Source: a virus
Taxonomy: Duplodnaviria; Caudoviricetes
IMG/VR virus record: IMGVR_UViG_3300025589_000004
Coordinates: 1-64,000 of that record
Length of the DNA stretch: 64,000 nt
Strand: one strand, 5' to 3'
The position numbers and the translations under genes were made by a program. Shown piece after piece: positions 58,764-64,000 of the stretch (positions within the stretch are counted from its first letter, which is position 1; every line of letters begins with the position of its first letter). Below the pieces are notes generated by a model, which saw nothing but the letters and a program-made list of their open reading frames with translations, was not told where the DNA came from and ran no database searches.

Positions 58764-59591
58764 ATGTCTAGTAAGGTTAATGATTATATACAATCTGAAT
58801 TAATTAATAGAGAGGTTTTAAATAGATATTATAATATATGGAAAGAAAATTATAATAATAGTGTTAATAATGGAAATAGTAATTTATTGGAAACCATAGC
58901 AAGATTTAAAGAACTTAAAGATAATGAATGTTATTGTTTAGATAAATCTTCTGTTCGTGTTTTAGAGATAATAAATGCACAAATTAAAACAGAAAATATA
59001 ACTGATATAACTAAATATACTCCATTTACTAAAATTGGAAGTAAATCTACTAATATAGATTATTCATTAAAAGAAATAAATTGGTATTTGGATATGAATT
59101 TATCTATAGATGGATTACAACCCACACCAACAATTTGGACATTAGTTGCAGATAAAAATAGAATAATAAATTCAAATTATGGTTATATTATATTTTCAGA
59201 TAATAATAAAAATCAATTTTTGAATGCTATTTGTGCTATTCTAGAAAATATATATACTAGACGCTCTATAATGATATATCAATGTCCAGAAATGCATTAT
59301 AAATATAAAGAGAATAATAGAAATGATTTTGTATGTACTATTTCACATCAATTTATAGTAAGAAAAAATAAGAATGAATATACACTAAATAGTATTATCA
59401 ATATGCGTTCTCAAGATTTTATTTATGGATATTTGAATGATATAGTGTGGTTTAATTATGTGCATTTTTTAGGATATGAAATTTTAACTAAAATAATTCC
59501 AGAAATTACTATAAATAGACACAATATATATCTTAATGTAGGCAGTTTGCATATATATGAAAAACATTTTAAGCTACTTGATAACAAATAG
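58764..59591 (+). CDS. dCMP hydroxymethylase (T4 gp42-like)
   Basis: INSNYG, RRSIMIY, DFVCT, NMRSQDFIYGYLND (Asp at the specificity position), GSLHIYEKHF closely follow T4 gp42. Confidence 0.88.
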   Translation: MSSKVNDYIQSELINREVLNRYYNIWKENYNNSVNNGNSNLLETIARFKELKDNECYCLDKSSVRVLEIINAQIKTENITDITKYTPFTKIGSKSTNIDYSLKEINWYLDMNLSIDGLQPTPTIWTLVADKNRIINSNYGYIIFSDNNKNQFLNAICAILENIYTRRSIMIYQCPEMHYKYKENNRNDFVCTISHQFIVRKNKNEYTLNSIINMRSQDFIYGYLNDIVWFNYVHFLGYEILTKIIPEITINRHNIYLNVGSLHIYEKHFKLLDNK

Positions 59592-59607
59592 AATTAAACT
59601 TAATAGA

Positions 59608-60231
59608 TTAATTATTTGGTTTTGCTATATTATCTTCTTTTTCGGATTTATTTTTCTTTTTGACTCTTTTACCAAAATTATTCTTTGTTTTTTGTATATC
59701 ATTTTTAACTTCATTTACTTTATTTTCATCACATTCATTAACTTTATCTTTATTATTTTCTATATCATCTATTATTTTCTCAACAATATCTGCCATTTCT
59801 TTTGCTGTATTTTCTATATTTTCAGCTAATTTAATATCAGAATTTATGTATTCTATATTAGAATTCTTATTTTCTTCGATTATTACATTTATTTGTTTAT
59901 TGTTAAAATCAGTTAATTTCTTTATTTCTTTTTCAAAAAATGTTTTTTTATTAATATCAGACTCAAAATACTCAGTATTACTAATAAACAAATTGGTAAA
60001 TATAGAAAACAACCTTGATATATACACATTAGATAATCTATTTGATAACAAAATATAATCTAATATGCTTTTATGTATTATCTCTAAGTTATTGATATTG
60101 TTAATCTTAGCTACATATACTATATACTCTACTATTTTTTTAGCTAAATTAGAATCTATATCTATATTTTCAGTCTTCAAAATATCAAAAAACAATTTTT
60201 CTATATTCATAACAACCCTATCAGATAACAA
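59608..60231 (-). CDS. Hypothetical protein
   Basis: 207 aa, charged C-terminus. Confidence 0.5.
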   Translation of the reverse strand: MLSDRVVMNIEKLFFDILKTENIDIDSNLAKKIVEYIVYVAKINNINNLEIIHKSILDYILLSNRLSNVYISRLFSIFTNLFISNTEYFESDINKKTFFEKEIKKLTDFNNKQINVIIEENKNSNIEYINSDIKLAENIENTAKEMADIVEKIIDDIENNKDKVNECDENKVNEVKNDIQKTKNNFGKRVKKKNKSEKEDNIAKPNN

Positions 60232-60252
60232 TTAAAATATACTAATCAAAAT

Positions 60253-60468
60253 CTACTGTTCTTTATTTTCTTTAATTGATTTAATAATATTAGTAATAAT
60301 TATAATTAAAGTAACAACACCACCAGAAATTGCCGCAATTGCAGAAAATATAGAATCAATAACTTCTGGTGTCAATTGCTTCTCAATCCAAACACCAATA
60401 CCTGTACCAGATAACAATACAATCAATATCTTAATTATTTGTTTAATTAAGTCTGCAGATATTTTCAT
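60253..60468 (-). CDS. Small 2-TM membrane protein (holin-like)
   Basis: Two hydrophobic helices, charged C-terminus; TATAAATA at 60484-60491 on the minus strand. Confidence 0.55.
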   Translation of the reverse strand: MKISADLIKQIIKILIVLLSGTGIGVWIEKQLTPEVIDSIFSAIAAISGGVVTLIIIITNIIKSIKENKEQ

Positions 60469-60537
60469 ATTATTCCCTTTCCTTATTTATATATATTTAT
60501 TTTTTAAAAATATATTTTTTTAATATTATTAAAAAAA

Positions 60538-62430
60538 TTAAATACCTAATAATTTATCTATATCAGATGGAAGTGCTTCACCGCCAGCTTCTTCACTGCC
60601 ACCAATACCGCCTTCTTCACCTTTAGCAGCTATACCGCCACCAGCAGTTTCACCACCGGCTTCAATACCACCTACAGCCTCTTGTTCATTTCTACCACCA
60701 ATTTCTGGTTTTAAACCACCACCGCCAAATGGAGATGTACGCCTCAATTCTGACTCAAATCCATGTGGCTCAGGCTCACCTAAACTAAAAGCTTCTTCTT
60801 GAGTAATATTTGACAATATTTGATTTACACTATTACTAACTAATTCAGCAATTTTTTCTCTAAGAGTCTCTCTTAACTGATTTTTTAACATATCAGATAT
60901 TTTCAACTTCTCGTTTTCTATAATATCACTTTCTGTCATATTTAAGAATTTCTTCTGTAAATATGTCTTAGAAATAGAATCATCGCCAGATAATCTATTA
61001 TATGTATCTATCAATTGATTATTCTTTTCTTGTTGTAAATATAAGTCATAATTTATAGGTTGATTGAATCTGATAGTAAAATCGAATGGTGTTAATGTTA
61101 GTTTATTATATAATCCAGTAAGTTTAAGGTGTGTGATAAATGTGCGTTTAATAGCTTCAGCAAATGTATTCTGGATTCTGATTATCATTTTAGCAAATTT
61201 AAATTCATCATAACTGATTAAATTGGTGTTTCGTTTAATTTCTACATTAGGTTCTTTCATTCTATATGGTACAGATAATCCAACATATATTTTCTTAAGG
61301 AAATATTCAATATCATCAATTTCGCCAAATGTTGCTTGTTTACCAAATGATTGTACTGTAGTACCTTCTGAGCCTTCTGGTTTCAAGAAAAAGAAACTTT
61401 CTAATGCTGATAATGTATCATATTTATTGAAAATTTGTCCAGCACCATCTTTTGGAAAACTTGCACCTTTACGTGTTTGAAATCTTTGCATAATTTGTAA
61501 TAGCATTTGTTCAGCCTTAGCTCTAGGCATATCACCACATGCTATATTAAATAGAAATCTTTCTGGACTTCTAGTAATTCTATAAATAATTAGTGCATCT
61601 TCAATTAAATTAAGCCTAATAAATGCTACTCTTATTTTTTCCAATATTGGTAATACAAACATCTTATCAGAGCTATAATTACCAGTATTAACATAGAATA
61701 ATTGTTCGAATAAAAATGGTACTTTATTTTCTTCTAAAGAACGACTGCCTTTATATATACTATACAAATTTCCTGGAAGTGCAATTTTAGAAAATATAGC
61801 ACCACTATCTAAATTAGAATATACTTGACTTTCATCTTTACTAGAGTCATAAATTATACCAACAAGCTGATTGTTAGCTTTTAGAAATCCATATTTTTCG
61901 TTTGGTATAAATTTCAACCCAATTATACCATAATCTAATCTATCTGGATTAACTACTAATTCAAAACATAGCTCTCCTTCTATTAGATATGTCATTAGAT
62001 ATTGATATATATTTAAATCAAAATTAAATAATAGCATAAACAATCTAAATTTATCCTCTAAAAATTTACGTTCTTCTGGTGATAATCTATTATTATTGAA
62101 TATCAGTCTAATAAAATTGCCATCATTATCATGATTTAGAAAATTATCAGTAATATCTTCCAAACAATTACTAACAACTTCATTATTACTCATCATTCTA
62201 TATACACGTAATCTATCAGCTTTTTTTGCTTCTGGTGTTATATTATAATTATCAGCATCAAACTGATATATCATACTTAACATATTAGAATATATATCGT
62301 TATCTAGATTAGTTTCATTTTTTTTATGAATTTCGGCCTGTGCTACTTGAGAATATTTATTGATTTCTTCAGTACCAGAATATCGTCTGAATAGATTAAA
62401 TAATTTATTAATAAATTTTGGTTGATTCAT
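60538..62430 (-). CDS. Portal protein (T4 gp20-like)
   Basis: YRMMS, LNLIEDALIIYRITRSPERFLFNIACGDMPRAKAEQ, GTTV, IDDIEYF, DEFKFAK. Confidence 0.95.
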   Translation of the reverse strand: MNQPKFINKLFNLFRRYSGTEEINKYSQVAQAEIHKKNETNLDNDIYSNMLSMIYQFDADNYNITPEAKKADRLRVYRMMSNNEVVSNCLEDITDNFLNHDNDGNFIRLIFNNNRLSPEERKFLEDKFRLFMLLFNFDLNIYQYLMTYLIEGELCFELVVNPDRLDYGIIGLKFIPNEKYGFLKANNQLVGIIYDSSKDESQVYSNLDSGAIFSKIALPGNLYSIYKGSRSLEENKVPFLFEQLFYVNTGNYSSDKMFVLPILEKIRVAFIRLNLIEDALIIYRITRSPERFLFNIACGDMPRAKAEQMLLQIMQRFQTRKGASFPKDGAGQIFNKYDTLSALESFFFLKPEGSEGTTVQSFGKQATFGEIDDIEYFLKKIYVGLSVPYRMKEPNVEIKRNTNLISYDEFKFAKMIIRIQNTFAEAIKRTFITHLKLTGLYNKLTLTPFDFTIRFNQPINYDLYLQQEKNNQLIDTYNRLSGDDSISKTYLQKKFLNMTESDIIENEKLKISDMLKNQLRETLREKIAELVSNSVNQILSNITQEEAFSLGEPEPHGFESELRRTSPFGGGGLKPEIGGRNEQEAVGGIEAGGETAGGGIAAKGEEGGIGGSEEAGGEALPSDIDKLLGI

Positions 62431-62492
62431 ATTAATTACAAATTAACACCTTTTTGTTATTTTATTAATTACAAATTATAATTTATTATTTA

Positions 62493-62825
62493 TTATTTTT
62501 TCTTTTTCTCTTCTCTATATTTCTTCCAAGCAATTTTAAATGGAATAGGTGATTTTTCACCAAATTTCTTTTTTAGCCCCAAAATCATTTTCTCATATTT
62601 TTCACCAGGAGGAGCTACTTCTTTTAAAAGCCTATTTGCTGAAATAACACTATTTTTATAAATTTTCTTTAAATTATTAAAATCAAATCCAATATCTCCA
62701 ATTTTAAGCAGATGTTCAATATTTAGACTTTTTTCTTCTTTTCTTTTCTTGGTTTTAAAATAAACTAAATCATATTTTCCATTTTCATTTTTTACTAATT
62801 TAAGTCCTGAATATTCTATGTTCAT
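62493..62825 (-). CDS. Hypothetical, possible head-associated protein
   Basis: LLKEVAPPG...LKKKFG...PFKIAWKKY; GGAG RBS; upstream of portal. Confidence 0.55.
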   Translation of the reverse strand: MNIEYSGLKLVKNENGKYDLVYFKTKKRKEEKSLNIEHLLKIGDIGFDFNNLKKIYKNSVISANRLLKEVAPPGEKYEKMILGLKKKFGEKSPIPFKIAWKKYREEKKKK

Positions 62826-62837
62826 AATTGTTGCTCC

Positions 62838-63302
62838 TTATTCGTAATTATTAGGTAATTTATCAGCAGGTACAACATCACTCTCTCCAACTTTTAAATA
62901 TGTCCTTATATATCTATATTTATAATTTCCATTAGCATCTTTTATTATAATTTTTACATATCCTTTATTAGTAAAAACACTATTAACACCTTCGGTTTCT
63001 TGATAGAATGTTTTATTATATATGATATTTATTATTTTTTGTACGATATGTCTAAATAATGTTTTAAGATTAATTTTAGCAGAAGCCCACCCAGTGCCAG
63101 AATAATAACCAGAGTTTGGTGTGTTTGGTGAATATATAGCGCCAGGTGTTCCTTTTACAGATATTTCAATTAAATCATCTGTGGTTATTAGTATTGATGG
63201 TTCGCCTGATAGTGAAGGCGTAATTGAATCACCAGATCTACTACCACCAGATATATCGTTTATTGCTGAAATTGAAGGAAGATTAGAGATTTTAAATATC
63301 AT
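62838..63302 (-). CDS. Probable virion/fibre-associated protein
   Basis: KISNLP...DDLIEIS...AKINL N-terminal fibre-type pattern; C-terminal GYVKI...RYIRTY. Confidence 0.5.
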   Translation of the reverse strand: MIFKISNLPSISAINDISGGSRSGDSITPSLSGEPSILITTDDLIEISVKGTPGAIYSPNTPNSGYYSGTGWASAKINLKTLFRHIVQKIINIIYNKTFYQETEGVNSVFTNKGYVKIIIKDANGNYKYRYIRTYLKVGESDVVPADKLPNNYE

Positions 63303-63320
63303 AGTAGTTTAATAATTAAA

Positions 63321-63989
63321 TTATTTTGAATAAACATGAAAACCATTCCTTACTGTATTTATAATATATTTATCAATTTTATTAAGTGATTTTTCTTCTT
63401 TTTCTTCATTATTATAACTATCAATCCTACCATAACTATCTAAATCATCAAATATAAGTATAGTTGAATCTAGTGTGTCTATATCTTCATTAAATCTATA
63501 ACTTCCAGAAATATCAGATTCTATACATCTAAAATTATCATTATAAAACTTTATTTTACTATAATTCTCGAATGATCTGTATTTATTAAAATCAATATAA
63601 ATCCTATAAATAACATCATCAATTTTGACTAATCCAAATGGTATTATATCAAATTCTTTTGGATAATTAGAAGCAAAATATTGAATATATATACCATTAG
63701 TTAATTTATCTTTAATAGTATCAATATCATCAGCTATTCTATTATCATAATCAAATTCTGGTCTGCTTAATATAGGCAAATGTTTAAGATTAGATAATGG
63801 GCGACAATAATACACACTATCTAAAGATAATACTCCACTATCTTCATCATCATATAATCTGATTATAGTTAATCCATCTACAGGCATTTGTATTGGTTGC
63901 ATTGTTTTTGATAATTCTTTTTTATCATGATATAAATTAAAATAATCACCAGAAACATTAAAATAATTATAAAATCTATTAAACTTCAT
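63321..63989 (-). CDS. Hypothetical protein
   Basis: 222 aa ORF co-oriented with the portal cluster. Confidence 0.5.
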   Translation of the reverse strand: MKFNRFYNYFNVSGDYFNLYHDKKELSKTMQPIQMPVDGLTIIRLYDDEDSGVLSLDSVYYCRPLSNLKHLPILSRPEFDYDNRIADDIDTIKDKLTNGIYIQYFASNYPKEFDIIPFGLVKIDDVIYRIYIDFNKYRSFENYSKIKFYNDNFRCIESDISGSYRFNEDIDTLDSTILIFDDLDSYGRIDSYNNEEKEEKSLNKIDKYIINTVRNGFHVYSK

Positions 63990-64000
63990 ATCGCAAGTAT

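Noticed and set aside
1058-60491. Calling every TATAAATA a late promoter
   Set aside because: The octamer is expected many times by chance at this AT content; only intergenic copies just upstream of genes were used.
1261-63312. Many ORF-track entries antisense to or nested in longer genes (e.g. 1261-1575, 3592-3891, 19587-19874, 20215-20658, 39357-39842, 42933-43235, 59660-60058)
   Set aside because: Shadow frames of recognisable genes, with F/I/L/S-rich composition typical of antisense AT-rich DNA.
1-64000. Alternative genetic code (stop-codon reassignment)
   Set aside because: Core genes are full length in the standard code and TAA, TAG and TGA all occur as true stops.

Overview
The whole window is a very AT-rich (roughly 20-25% GC by eye) segment of a large, divergent T4-like myophage genome. 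Recognisable T4-type core genes are present but scrambled: portal gp20, protease gp21, scaffold gp22, major capsid gp23, tail gp15/gp18/gp19, baseplate gp25, gp32, gp41, gp46, gp47, gp55, gp61, UvsW/X/Y and RNase H. Class III RNR (nrdD/nrdG), GroES and a second sigma70-type factor point to an anaerobic bacterial host. Most notable: (1) an apparent cytosine hypermodification pathway with a gp42-like dCMP hydroxymethylase, a second Asp-type thymidylate-synthase paralogue, a NodU-type carbamoyltransferase and a nucleotide-kinase/UDG fusion; (2) four or five glycosyltransferases together with enrichment of S-G/S-A motifs in virion proteins, suggesting virion O-glycosylation; (3) five copies of a 26-aa repeat protein family interleaved with unrelated genes and partly decaying; (4) an orphan GC-rich remnant resembling an IscB omegaRNA/HEARO 5' end inserted in a small gene; (5) two clan GH-A hydrolases near a holin; (6) two promoter classes, with apparently leaderless replication genes; (7) several small duplication or insertion lesions. 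No tRNA or CRISPR array was seen. All calls come from motif recognition by eye; no database searches were run.
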